The position numbers and the translations under genes are program-made. A model generated the notes under the pieces. That model had not been told where the DNA came from, searched no databases, and worked only from the letters and a program-made list of their open reading frames with translations. Of a stretch of DNA of 34,706 nt, positions 1-10,153 are shown piece after piece (the stretch's first letter is position 1; every line of letters begins with the position of its first letter). The stretch comes from a virus (lineage: Duplodnaviria > Caudoviricetes), in IMG/VR virus record IMGVR_UViG_3300032237_001368, positions 1-34,706 of that record; one strand, written 5' to 3'.

Positions 1-99
1 GTTTCAGAAAGAGCATTTGAACGTCTTGTTAACAAAATAAATGAAATTGTACTCGAACCAGCATCTTGGAAAAACAAAACAATACCTGCTGAGAATTAA
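1..99 (+). CDS. 3' end of hypothetical protein (partial)
   Basis: Frame 1 is open from the window edge (VSERAFERLVNKINE...PAEN) to TAA at 97-99. Confidence 0.5.
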   Translation, partial: VSERAFERLVNKINEIVLEPASWKNKTIPAEN

Positions 100-120
100 T
101 ACTATTAAATTAAACAAGTT

Positions 121-651
121 ATGTTAAAATATCAAAACATAAAAGTAGTTAAATGATATATACTCGTTCCTAAAGAATCCGGTAATACAAAAGCTTATCG
201 CGGAGCTACCATTCCAGTAGAGGATTTATTGAAACTGTCTTTTCAATTTGACGGAGAAGGGGGTTACCAGGCAGTAAACCCTTCATACACATACACTTCG
301 AAAAATACTGCTGGGTTTCTTTCTTTTACAGAACGCCTGATGCGGGCAGAGAAGTTTACCAAGTTCCATTCTGGAACTACTTTTGTATTGACAACTGGCA
401 ACATATTTCCAGTCGTTTTAGAATGTTCTATTTCCAATCCAAACCTTCTGTTCAATACAGAATTCACTTCTTTAATTTCACCATTTGCTAATGAAGAAGA
501 AATGATTTACGTTGGTCGTTCTTTAAAGCCAGAAGCAATTTACATTACCATTGCAGATGAAATTTTCTCCAACTTTGCAAATTTGAAATGGCAATGGCCT
601 GCAGGGTACCAACTAAAAGCAAAATTGTATTTTATTCAACCAAACGCTTAA
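121..651 (+). CDS. Hypothetical protein; probable start ATG 121 with in-frame TGA at 154-156 (ORF track gives 229-651)
   Basis: ATG121 is in frame with ORF 229-651 and one stop interrupts it; no family recognised. Confidence 0.5.
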
Positions 652-1089
652 TCTTTACCGCGCGAATAGAATGAGCCGGGACTAATCTGAAAGATTAGAC
701 TTCCTAATACTACTTACATCACTACTCTATCAATTATATATACACGTATATATAAGCGACTATTTGATACTCGTAACTAATATACTCCAATAACGATACT
801 ATACCTAACTGAAAGAGTATATACCATATATACATACAACAACCAATATACTTACCTATATGTATTCCAGACGAAAATCCATAGCAATTTACCAGTAAAT
901 ACTACCTTAGAACCACACCGCATTTGTTCTGGGCGGATGTGTGAAAGTTCTAATCACTGATGACTTGTAAAGACGGATGTAGGTAGGTGTATGACTGTGG
1001 AATCGGCAGTGTGGAGAAAGGTATGGAAGGTAGCTTAAGGCAGATAGGACCTTTCACCGCTTCACACCACTTCTTTTTCAATACGACAC

Positions 1090-1240
1090 CGAGTCTCTGT
1101 ATATATACAGACTCGAATACCCTGTCTGTGTATATATACACTATCTAATACTCTATGTGTATATATACACTATCTAATACTCTATGTGTATATATATATA
1201 CAGACTCGAATACTCTATGTGTATATATACACTATCTAAT
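1090..1240. repeat. Tandem array of ~29-33 bp units with palindromic TGTATATATACA core
   Basis: Cores at 1098, 1129, 1158, 1187 (TA-expanded) and 1220; linkers (CTATCT/GACTCG)AATAC...; dispersed copies at 1369 and 1634. Confidence 0.9.
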
Positions 1241-1682
1241 AGTAATTAATACAAATTTTCAAATTGCCTATATTTATATATAGTAACGGCATTCAATTGG
1301 ACAAACAATGGTTGGGCTGAAACTGCAATTGCTGATGTGGTGTCAGCGTCTTTACTAACGACAGGAGCTGTATATATACAGTGCACCGAACACATAATGC
1401 CTGTGCTGCGTATTGTTATTGAAAAACGTGCTACGTGCACGTACAGGGGTAGTAGCCTGTTAACATTGAAAAGCCGACTGTGAAAAGCGGTGCGAAGACA
1501 TTGGCTTTTGCGGACCAGTGTAACATTGATAAATGATAAATGAAGTGGTATGCCGGGGTGTATGTAATGCATGATATCATGTATTTTTTTTCATGTATAT
1601 ATGTACCGTACGGAATGACTATTTAATAGTCTCTGTATATATACAGAACCGAATACCTTTCGCGAAAGAATTTGAAGAAAGA

Positions 1683-1721
1683 TTTGGTAAATTGAATTTT
1701 TCTTCTTATCTTTAAGTATAG
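1683..1721 (+). promoter_or_regulatory. Bacteroidota sigmaA-type phage promoter TTTG-N20-TAnnTTTA(A/T)GTATA (first of >20 copies)
   Basis: Similar copies at about 2231, 2794, 2935, 3289, 4656, 4959, 7507, 8843, 10097, 10595, 18838, 20897, 22258, 24543, 25115, 26528, 26796, 26977, 28449, 29532, 30907, 31715 and 33900, nearly all directly before a gene; matches the -33 TTTG / -7 TAnnTTTG consensus except for the last base. Confidence 0.85.
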
Positions 1722-1737
1722 GTCAAAAATAAGATAT

Positions 1738-1833
1738 ATGACAGTAAAACAAAAAGCAATTTTATTAGGTTATGGTATTTTATTTGCACTTGTAATTTGG
1801 GCTGTGATGATAGTAATTGCAGTAGTTGGATAA
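1738..1833 (+). CDS. Small single-TM membrane peptide (31 aa)
   Basis: ATG after promoter and the recurrent AATAAGATATATG leader; MTVKQKAILLGYGILFALVIWAVMIVIAVVG. Confidence 0.6.
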   Translation: MTVKQKAILLGYGILFALVIWAVMIVIAVVG

Positions 1834-1857
1834 TTCTAAACAATAAAAAATTATATT

Positions 1858-2229
1858 ATGAAAAACTTAAGCGATCCATCCATTGCGAAAGCTGAAGACG
1901 CACCATGTAGTTCACAGCTGCGTATCGATCGAGAACTGCTTCAGGAACTGTATGATAAAGGAAGTTCTGATGTAAAAGAAGCACTTCGTACAAAGTATCC
2001 CGGCTTATTTGGTCCAATAAAGACTGAACGTATAGATCGAGGGTACGGTTTCTATTCTGAGTACCAATTGGCTGATATAACCATGACCGACGGTGGCCGC
2101 TACCAGCTGTTAATAGGTTTCGGACTGGCTCCAGCTGGATTCGAACACAAATGTTTAGTGTTGACCGGTGATGAGACCCTTAAGTTCGAACTTTTAAGTG
2201 ACAAAGTAGTAACTATAGTTCAAATTTAA
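1858..2229 (+). CDS. Hypothetical protein
   Basis: 123-aa ORF with A-rich leader, ending at the next promoter. Confidence 0.7.
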   Translation: MKNLSDPSIAKAEDAPCSSQLRIDRELLQELYDKGSSDVKEALRTKYPGLFGPIKTERIDRGYGFYSEYQLADITMTDGGRYQLLIGFGLAPAGFEHKCLVLTGDETLKFELLSDKVVTIVQI

Positions 2230-2289
2230 ATTTGGTAGATTGAAAAAATCTACTTACATTTAAGTATAGAAATTAATAATTAAACAACA

Positions 2290-2703
2290 ATGAAAATTAA
2301 AAACACTCCTGCTCCGCGCCCCGCGGCAAAGACAGCCACTAAAACATCTACGGTGAAGACAGTTGCTAAAACAACAGTGCCTGTTGTTCAGAAAGAATCA
2401 GCGAATCAGGATTCGCTGGAAAAGATGGTAGCTACAAAGCCAAAGACAGTAAAATTAAATCCATCTCACTCGTATATCGGTTTCAGCATCATCGGCAAAG
2501 ATGAAAAGATTTTGAACTTTCGTCAAGGCAAAAAGAATGTTGTAGCATGTAATGAAGTGAAGTGTATAGGTGCTAATGCAACCGGCCGCAGGTTAACAGT
2601 TACCTTCCACGATGCACAGGGCAACCAAATACTCGAGCGCCGGGTTTATAAAGAATATTTTGAAAAGATGGCCCAGACTTTTGAAGTAGAGTTGCCTGAA
2701 TAA
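2290..2703 (+). CDS. Hypothetical protein with basic K/T/A/P-rich N-terminal tail
   Basis: ORF after promoter 2231; PAPRPAAKTATKTSTVKTVAKTT. Confidence 0.75.
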   Translation: MKIKNTPAPRPAAKTATKTSTVKTVAKTTVPVVQKESANQDSLEKMVATKPKTVKLNPSHSYIGFSIIGKDEKILNFRQGKKNVVACNEVKCIGANATGRRLTVTFHDAQGNQILERRVYKEYFEKMAQTFEVELPE

Positions 2704-2753
2704 AGAAGCATGCCATGCAAGCAGTAGTTCCCCTGGAGCTACAACAGCAAAGG

Positions 2754-2778
2754 AACCCAGTACTCGGTGCTGGGTTTT
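2754..2778 (+). terminator. Intrinsic terminator
   Basis: AACCCAGTAC-TCG-GTGCTGGGTT followed by T run. Confidence 0.6.
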
Positions 2779-3007
2779 CTACTGGATATTAGATTTGGTA
2801 AATTGAAAAATTCTTCATAACTTCAAGTATATCGATCCCGTTAAACCCGGTAGGAGTAAGACACCAACAGGCATTTTTCATATATAAACTACCTTATATA
2901 TGTAAAAGAAATATGTTCAAAAGGAAAAGAAATATTTGGTAGAATGGTTAAGACTTCATATCTTTATGTATAGGCAATAAGGTAAAAGCCACTAAAAAAT
3001 AAGATAT

Positions 3008-3280
3008 ATGACACAGACACAGTTTTTGATGACCGGTAAATCGACTAAGAACATGAACTTTGCAAATACTAAGACAGCATCTAGATCATATAAAATGATC
3101 GGTCGTACAGACCGCGGTTGTTCAGTAGACGTGAAAGTAGGGGGCTGTGTTAAAGGCACAATTAGCTTTTCTGTTAAATTCGGCAAATTGATTCAGACGG
3201 GTAGCACAGTAAATGGCATTACTCCATTAGATGTTACCGAAGCTACTATGATAGCTAAAAAAGCTTTGAAAATTGCCTAA
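3008..3280 (+). CDS. Hypothetical protein
   Basis: Promoter 2935 plus AATAAGATATATG leader. Confidence 0.7.
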   Translation: MTQTQFLMTGKSTKNMNFANTKTASRSYKMIGRTDRGCSVDVKVGGCVKGTISFSVKFGKLIQTGSTVNGITPLDVTEATMIAKKALKIA

Positions 3281-3338
3281 TCATTAGATTTGGTAAATTG
3301 AAATCAATTCCTTAACTTTAAGTATAGAACAAGATAAT

Positions 3339-4508
3339 ATGAAGAAAGTAATTACAGCGACAGTAAAGCAAGAAGGACGCTTCTTTAAAGCGATGACCAA
3401 TGAAGGCGTGGACGTATCTGGCCAAATCGATCGACCAATGCGCCGTAAGGCAGCTGAAGAAGGTCTTGAGCTGCAATACAATTCCATCGACAATACCTGG
3501 CATTTCATCAATGACGGCTCGCATATATCCACTGTAACGCTTCCTGAAGAAGCTCCTGAACTCGTAGAGCCCGGAGCCGAGCATCACACCGTAACCGAGT
3601 TCATCCACAAATCGCCGGCCCTCAAACCGAGCGAGTTGTGTATGACCGACCTCAAATGGAAATATCTCGTACGCTCAGCAATGCGTGGTAAGAACATTAT
3701 GATGGTCGGTCCTGCAGGCGCTGGTAAGACAGTAGCTTCAAAGTATCTGGTAAAGGCTTTGAATCGTCCAGACTTTTACTTCAACCTGGGTGCAACGCAA
3801 GATCCTCGATCGACACTAATAGGTAATACACACTTCAATAAAGAAGAAGGCACTTACTTCTCAGAGTCGCTGTTCGTAAAAGCTATCCAGACAGAAAATG
3901 CAATCATTTTGTTAGACGAGTTGTCTCGTGCACATCCTGAAGCCTGGAACATATTGATGACTGTACTGGACCTTAACCAAAGGTATTTGCGTATAGATGA
4001 GAAACAAGGATCGCCTACCATTCAAGTAGCCTCTGGTGTATGCTTCATAGCTACCGCGAATATTGGTAACGAATATACATCGACTCGTGTACTTGACCGC
4101 GCGCTTATGGACAGGTTCATTACCATAGAAATGGAACAGCTGAATGATGTAGAGGAGTTCCGACTGTTGCAAATGAAGTTCCCTAAGGCTCCAAAGCAAG
4201 CATTGCAGGCCATTGCAGAGATAGCAAGTATGACTCGTAACGAAGCTCGTCAGGCTGGTGCAAAGTTAACAGCAACGATGTCAACTCGTGCATCCGTAGA
4301 GTGTGCTGGTCTTATATATGACGGCTTTACCTTAGCAGAAGCCGCCGAAGTATCTATATATCCTTTCTTCTCTGAAGATGGTGGCGTGGACTCTGAACGA
4401 ACTTTTGTGAAACAAATTGTTCAGAAGTTTTGTGTGAATCCAGAGTTAGAAAAGGCTAATCTGTTTGGAGAGGACGACGTTAATAATACTTCTCCTATGC
4501 CGTTCTAA
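3339..4508 (+). CDS. MoxR/CbbQ-NirQ-NorQ-like AAA+ ATPase with extra N-terminal module
   Basis: Walker A GPAGAGKT, Walker B IILLDELSR, sensor-1 ATAN, Arg finger LDRALMDRF, sensor-2 STR. Confidence 0.92.
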   Translation: MKKVITATVKQEGRFFKAMTNEGVDVSGQIDRPMRRKAAEEGLELQYNSIDNTWHFINDGSHISTVTLPEEAPELVEPGAEHHTVTEFIHKSPALKPSELCMTDLKWKYLVRSAMRGKNIMMVGPAGAGKTVASKYLVKALNRPDFYFNLGATQDPRSTLIGNTHFNKEEGTYFSESLFVKAIQTENAIILLDELSRAHPEAWNILMTVLDLNQRYLRIDEKQGSPTIQVASGVCFIATANIGNEYTSTRVLDRALMDRFITIEMEQLNDVEEFRLLQMKFPKAPKQALQAIAEIASMTRNEARQAGAKLTATMSTRASVECAGLIYDGFTLAEAAEVSIYPFFSEDGGVDSERTFVKQIVQKFCVNPELEKANLFGEDDVNNTSPMPF

Positions 4509-4538
4509 GAACTTCATATATACTTGTCATATAGTAAA

Positions 4539-4568
4539 GGATTTGGGGTTTTTCAACCCCAAAATCCG
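4539..4568 (+). terminator. Hairpin, probable terminator
   Basis: GGATTTGGGGTT...AACCCCAAAATCC after the AAA gene. Confidence 0.5.
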
Positions 4569-4706
4569 TCTTGATTTCACGGGCCTGCCTATTAATATTC
4601 TCGGCACTGACAGGCTAAATACGGTAATATAGAAGAAAGATAAATATTCTTTCGATTTGGTAAATTGAAATCATTTACATACATTTATGTCTAGACAATA
4701 AGATAT

Positions 4707-4949
4707 ATGAATATTCAAGAAACTCGGTGTACGTCGGCGATCGGTTCATTTTTGCAAGCAAATGAAGTTATCAATTTTCTGGAATTAAGATGTACTGTAT
4801 TTACAGCCGCATTTGCTGTAAAGGCTTGTTGTAAAAAACATGAAATCGACAATGTCGAATATTACAATGCATTGGACTTGTCAAGTGTGCTGTCCCCGAA
4901 AATATATCGAGAATTAACAGCTAATGTAAATACATATATGTATATGTAA
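4707..4949 (+). CDS. Hypothetical protein in a promoter-flanked cassette
   Basis: Lies between two near-identical promoter/leader copies. Confidence 0.6.
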   Translation: MNIQETRCTSAIGSFLQANEVINFLELRCTVFTAAFAVKACCKKHEIDNVEYYNALDLSSVLSPKIYRELTANVNTYMYM

Positions 4950-5009
4950 TACATTAAATTTGGTAAATTGAAATCATTTACATACATTTATGTATAGACA
5001 GTAAGATAT

Positions 5010-7121
5010 ATGAGTAAGACAACAGATAGGTATAGTACAGCAGAGCTTCAAAAGAAGTACTCGGGCAAAACCGGCTATAAAGCATCGGCCGATAAGTCAA
5101 TGTCAAACTCTAGCTTCTGGTTAGATGATGACTTTGCACAAGAAAAGCCGTCAATGATTGTAGACCGTACAGAACGTAAGTCAGCGGAGTTTGTACGTCT
5201 CGCTGCTTACCAAAGGGCAGTATCCAACTTCGTACGAATTGTAACCGGTAAGGCTGATATACCTGTAGTATATTCTTCGGGTAACGATTCCTACACCAAT
5301 GGCATGAAAGTTGTAATTTCATCCAAGTTAGATGAAAACGAATTTGACTCTTCAGTAGGCTTAGCATTGCACGAGGGCAGCCATTGTGCACTCACTGACT
5401 TTGAACTTTTGAACAAGGTAGTGTTTTACGGTTTACACTGCGATGCAATATATGATTGGTACAACTCTAAACAGCTTCCTGCTCCAGCACAAACTATGAA
5501 TCGACTTAAGGACTTGATAAACATCATAGAAGACAGACGCATCGATCGCTTTGTGTATGACTCAGCTCCTGGTTACCAAGGTTATTATCAAGCCCTTTAT
5601 AAGCGTTACTTCAACTCTAAAGAAATTGACCAAGCGCTAGCCGCCGGCCTGAAAAACGATGCTAAATCTTGGGACGACTATATATTCCATATCTGTAACT
5701 TTGCAAACCCTAATCGCAATTTGAAGACTCTTCCAGGTCTTAAGAAAATATGGGAACTGATACACATACCGACAATTAATAGGTTGAAGTCTACGCTGGA
5801 TGTAGTGAATCTCGCGGTGCAAGTACACATAACAATACTTGAATGTATAGCTGAGCAGGAAGCTTTGGAAGGAACTTCTAACTCTGGAGAAGCTTCGGAC
5901 GACCCAGATGCCAATGATGAAGGCGCCGACGAAGGTACTTCGACTGAAGGTGAAGAAGAAGCAGAAGAAAACACTGACACGTCTAACAAAGAAAAAGAAG
6001 AACTTCTTAAGAAGATCGGTAATAAGCTGGAAAAGGCTATTAAAGAACAACGGGAATTTTTAGAAGGTAATACTGATAAGAAAGCCTTGAAGAAACAAGA
6101 CGCCCGAGCTGTTAACGCCGCGGCAGAGTCAAATGCATCTTACGAATCTGTCGGAGGCGATGTTGTTGATGAAATGGGTTATGTACATCACCTAGGCAAA
6201 ATAAATTGCCTGGTAGTCAAAGGCTTAACAAAATCAATTATCAGTTCAGGTATTTTAGGTGGCCAGGTAAAGGATCCAAGCACTGTTCGCCAATCTATTG
6301 AAAGAGGATGGATCGAGTCTGACTATATCCAGGAAGGTATAGCTCTCGGTACCATGTTAGGCAAAAAGCTTAAGACTCGTGATGAAGAACGTTCTTTGAA
6401 AACAACCAGGCTGGACGCAGGTCGCATAGACAAACGTCTAATAGCTGAGCTAGGTTTCGGTAACGATCGAGTATTTGCTCAAACAATGTTTAACACTACT
6501 CGTCCATCACATATACACATATCAATAGATGCTTCAGGCTCAATGAGCGGTAACCCCTGGCGCTCTGCAATGAAGACTGCCATAGCAATTGCCAAAGCAG
6601 CCACAATGACCAGTTCAATGGAAGTAGTTATCTCAATAAGAGGTTCTGTAGGTCCCGATCCTTTAATGTGGATTATATACGACTCGAGAACAATGAAGTT
6701 AGCTGCTGTGAAAGAACTTTTATATGCAGTGAAGTCAGATGGTGCCACTCCGGAAGGTTTATGCTTTGAAGCCATCTTGCAAGAAATTGTAAAAGATGCT
6801 CGCGGTAAAGACGCTTACTTCATCAACTTATCAGATGGCGAACCTGGCTTCCATGGTCACAGCTTAAGCGGTGGTCGCAGCTTTTCATACACAGGCGACG
6901 TTGCCTTACTTCACACTCGTAACCAAGTGAACCGGTTGCGGGCCGAGTCTATAAAAGTAGTATCTTTCTTTATTACAGATGGAGAAGCCAGTAGTGAATG
7001 GTCACAATGCTCATTGAAAAAGTTTCAAACGATGTATGGTAAAGATGCAGAGAACATTAACGTGGCATCACTTAATCACTTGGCCAAGTCGCTGAATAAG
7101 ATGTTTGAAAGAAAGTCTTAA
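5010..7121 (+). CDS. vWA-domain protein with N-terminal HExxH metallopeptidase-like domain (CobT-like MoxR partner)
   Basis: LHEGSH followed by NIIEDRRID; acidic linker; MIDAS DASGS...T(ATPE)...D(LSDGEP). Confidence 0.88.
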   Translation: MSKTTDRYSTAELQKKYSGKTGYKASADKSMSNSSFWLDDDFAQEKPSMIVDRTERKSAEFVRLAAYQRAVSNFVRIVTGKADIPVVYSSGNDSYTNGMKVVISSKLDENEFDSSVGLALHEGSHCALTDFELLNKVVFYGLHCDAIYDWYNSKQLPAPAQTMNRLKDLINIIEDRRIDRFVYDSAPGYQGYYQALYKRYFNSKEIDQALAAGLKNDAKSWDDYIFHICNFANPNRNLKTLPGLKKIWELIHIPTINRLKSTLDVVNLAVQVHITILECIAEQEALEGTSNSGEASDDPDANDEGADEGTSTEGEEEAEENTDTSNKEKEELLKKIGNKLEKAIKEQREFLEGNTDKKALKKQDARAVNAAAESNASYESVGGDVVDEMGYVHHLGKINCLVVKGLTKSIISSGILGGQVKDPSTVRQSIERGWIESDYIQEGIALGTMLGKKLKTRDEERSLKTTRLDAGRIDKRLIAELGFGNDRVFAQTMFNTTRPSHIHISIDASGSMSGNPWRSAMKTAIAIAKAATMTSSMEVVISIRGSVGPDPLMWIIYDSRTMKLAAVKELLYAVKSDGATPEGLCFEAILQEIVKDARGKDAYFINLSDGEPGFHGHSLSGGRSFSYTGDVALLHTRNQVNRLRAESIKVVSFFITDGEASSEWSQCSLKKFQTMYGKDAENINVASLNHLAKSLNKMFERKS

Positions 7122-7138
7122 CGACAATTGAACGCAAT

Positions 7139-7177
7139 AACCCTAGGGGAGACAACCAAAACTCCCCTAGGGTTTTC
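7139..7177 (+). terminator. Intrinsic terminator
   Basis: AACCCTAGGGG(GAG)...(CT)CCCCTAGGGTT followed by T. Confidence 0.7.
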
Positions 7178-7450
7178 TGCTTGTAGAACAAGGGTTTCCC
7201 CTTACTAACCTAGGGTTTTGTATTAATTGTACCCTAGATAATCAAGGGTAAATGGGCGGTAAATCTAGGGTATAATAACCCTGAAAACCAGGGGGGTATA
7301 TGGCCGTGAGTGGTGGCCTATATCACGTTTCTATTGAGGCGACAATTTTTTTCATATAGAACCTGGTTTCACACCACTAGGTACCCTAGAAACCTAACAA
7401 TTACCTAGTACCTATCAATTACCTATCAATTACCTAGAAAACTAACAATC
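7139..7450. repeat. Non-coding tract dense in CCCTAG/CTAGGG/ACCTA motifs
   Basis: Many short inverted repeats at 7139-7290; direct repeats CAATTACCTA at 7398-7436. Confidence 0.65.
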
Positions 7451-7565
7451 CAAACTGTAACCATTGCTGCATACGAACATATTGAAAAAACAAATATCCA
7501 AGTAAATTTGGTAAATTGATTCAAATGTCTTAACTTTATGTATAGAACAAAACACCGTATTATAT

Positions 7566-7739
7566 ATGTTAACCACAGAGCAAATAGCAAACACCATAAC
7601 AGTACTGTCCAACGAACAGTATCAAATCATAGCCGAGTTCGATCCTGAATGGGCAGACCAAAATTTGTTTGATTTAGGCCCGAACAGAGGTTGGTTGAAT
7701 TTGTCCATATACTCAGAGGTCATCAAGCCATTTGGTTAA
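7566..7739 (+). CDS. Hypothetical protein (57 aa, below ORF-track cutoff)
   Basis: First ATG after promoter 7507; MLTTEQIANT...IKPFG. Confidence 0.55.
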   Translation: MLTTEQIANTITVLSNEQYQIIAEFDPEWADQNLFDLGPNRGWLNLSIYSEVIKPFG

Positions 7740-7978
7740 TAGACAACACTAACGAACATTTTACTGTTCAAGCTTATGTAAGCAACAGTACTAAATCGGT
7801 GGGATCATTCTCTACCGAAAAAGAGTGTATCGATTATTTAAAAGAACAAATAATTTGTACACTTAAGCGTGAAGGATATAGAAGTAGGGAAGGCAATATT
7901 GGTTACTAAATCATACAAACAAGTCCGGCCGTAGAAAATTCATCATTAATATATATTACTAATATTTAAAACAACATT

Positions 7979-8788
7979 ATGACACATTACACAGTTACCA
8001 AAGACGGAGTTGCAGTATCGCCAAACTGTAGAGTATGGACTACAACATTTCTTCAAGACGGGTGCGATGCACCATACTCTGCAAAAGTTTCAGACCTAGA
8101 ACCAGGCTTAGAAATTTTCTCTACCGCGGATCGCTGCAATGAACACATCAATGAATTATGTACTGCATTTACATCTTACGACGGCGTAAAAATACGGTAT
8201 GGCCAACCATATTGGTATGTTGTTGCTAACAAAGTTACTAGTGATATATATAACAATATTGCGTTCGACTTTTGTGAAACGTGTGACTGTGTAACTCGTT
8301 GCGGCGAAAATTTAAGGTTTGAATATTTCTCAACCGCGGCCGCCGCAAGAGAGTATTTAGATTCTTTGAAACGTACAGAGTCTCAATTGCATGTAGAGAC
8401 TTTTGCACTGCAAAAGACCGTGCATCAGCTGATGTTAGAACATCTCGCACTTCAGCCTGGAGATCGAGTTCGAGTAACTCGAAAGGCAAAAACTCTAGAG
8501 TTAGGATGGGATTCTTTCTGGTTGCCGGAAATGGACCAATATGTTGGTAAAGAACTTGAAGTCGTTGCAGTAAGGGGATGTGCCGGGATACACTGCAACG
8601 ACTACTTGTTCCCAGCACATGTTTTAGAGGTGATTTCTCGAGCCGAACGGAAACGCACAGTACATCTGTCTGAGCATTTTCAAGCAACTGTTTCTGAAAA
8701 AGGGATGACCATACATGGATGCTTGATTACGCGAGAGAAATTCTTGGAATTGCACACTGTGGCCCGGGAAGTTGGGTTTATTTCTTAA
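7979..8788 (+). CDS. Hypothetical protein with internal repeat and SH3/KOW-like segment
   Basis: Two similar units (T.DGV.I....W / FST......I/L); LQPGDRVRV...W...MDQYVGK. Confidence 0.75.
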   Translation: MTHYTVTKDGVAVSPNCRVWTTTFLQDGCDAPYSAKVSDLEPGLEIFSTADRCNEHINELCTAFTSYDGVKIRYGQPYWYVVANKVTSDIYNNIAFDFCETCDCVTRCGENLRFEYFSTAAAAREYLDSLKRTESQLHVETFALQKTVHQLMLEHLALQPGDRVRVTRKAKTLELGWDSFWLPEMDQYVGKELEVVAVRGCAGIHCNDYLFPAHVLEVISRAERKRTVHLSEHFQATVSEKGMTIHGCLITREKFLELHTVAREVGFIS

Positions 8789-8898
8789 ATTTGCACGACT
8801 AAATTTGTTGTCAAAAACGGCGCTTCGCGCTAGAAAAATAAATTTGGTAGGTTGGAGAAAAATACATATCTTTATGTATAGGTAAAAAGAACAAAGTT

Positions 8899-9441
8899 AT
8901 GAAAGAATTATTAGTACATCTAAAAGCTTGTGAAGAGGCTATTACTTGGGCTGGAGATAAAACTTGGCCAGAAATATTTGAAACGTGTCATCGTGGAGAC
9001 TGGTTATTATGGTTGTTCTTCAATACAATGAATCATAATAACGAAGAACACTTTACTTTATTAACACATGCTAAAGGTCATTGTGCCAATACCGTAAGGC
9101 ATTTGATGGCAGATAAAAGAAGTATTGATGCTGTCGATGCTGCTATCAACTATAATGGGGATAGGCAAGCTTTAAAACAAGCTGCTTATGCTGCTGCTTT
9201 TGCTGTTGATTCTGCTTATGCTTATGCTTATGCTGCTGCTGATTCTGCTGCTTTTGCTGATTCTGCTGCTGCTGATGCTGCTGATGCTGCTTATGCTGCT
9301 GCTGCTGCTGCTTTTGCTGATTCTGCTGCTGCTGATTCTGCTTATGCTGCTGCTGCCGATGCTCGCGCCTCAAATCAGCTGTCAACAGCAAACATTGTAA
9401 GGCAATACATCCCTATTGAAAAATGGAATATAAATATTTAA
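8899..9441 (+). CDS. Phage protein with Ala/Asp/Tyr/Ser low-complexity tract
   Basis: LKAC...W...DWLLW N-domain; GCT-codon repeat at 9181-9363. Confidence 0.8.
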   Translation: MKELLVHLKACEEAITWAGDKTWPEIFETCHRGDWLLWLFFNTMNHNNEEHFTLLTHAKGHCANTVRHLMADKRSIDAVDAAINYNGDRQALKQAAYAAAFAVDSAYAYAYAAADSAAFADSAAADAADAAYAAAAAAFADSAAADSAYAAAADARASNQLSTANIVRQYIPIEKWNINI

Positions 9442-9474
9442 AGTCTTAATCTTCAAAACTGAAAACTAAATAAA

Positions 9475-10046
9475 ATGAACAAAGTGAAAAGTTTGTACGA
9501 ACAAATTAAAGATGGTGAAGTAACTAAAGTAGAATCTCCTGAATATGGGGTTAGCAAAAAATAGAACTATTAGATGATAAAAGTTATCATTTCCCAATAG
9601 TAGTTATTTATTCAGATAATAATGAAATAAGTTATAATGAGTATGGAACTATGTCATGTCTTTTTAGAATTACTGAAGAAGATATAGTACCGTATAAAGA
9701 GGAAATTGAGCTTGAAAAGAAACAAAATTCCCAATTAGTAAATTCTCTTTTTAACGTAGGTGATCGTGTTGAAGATAAGAACTTGAAGATAATAGGTACT
9801 GTTGTTTACATTTTAAAAAATGGTTTTTTAGTTGTAGAAAGGGAAGATTACCGCACTCTTTATTCTTGTGTTCCAGAGCATTGTACAGTAAAAACTTTAT
9901 CTTTTGGTGATGTTGTAACTCTACTTGATTTTCCTAAAGGTGAAAACCGTGCTATTTTTATTGAGAACCATGATAGTCAAGTAGCAATAGTTCGTTACGG
10001 TAAAGACTTTATGCAAATAAGCATAAATGAAATTGAAAAAAGTTAA
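9475..10046 (+). CDS. Hypothetical protein, apparently frameshifted at the A-run near 9555
   Basis: MNKVKSLYEQ...GVSK continues in the frame of ORF 9651-10046 (IELLDDKSYHFPIVV...). Confidence 0.55.
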
Positions 10047-10153
10047 GAACATAAGAATGTTAAACAATAAAAATGCTTGAACTTTTCAAAAATTAATTTG
10101 GTAAATTGAAATTATCTTCTTAACTTTGTGTATAGATAGAAAAGAACAAAATT

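Noticed and set aside
1090-1240. Possible mini-CRISPR array
   Set aside because: Linkers are repeated rather than unique spacers, units are too short, and there are no cas genes in the window
9146-9400. Poly-Gln (minus strand) and poly-Leu ORFs
   Set aside because: Alternative-frame shadows of the GCT repeat in ORF 8899
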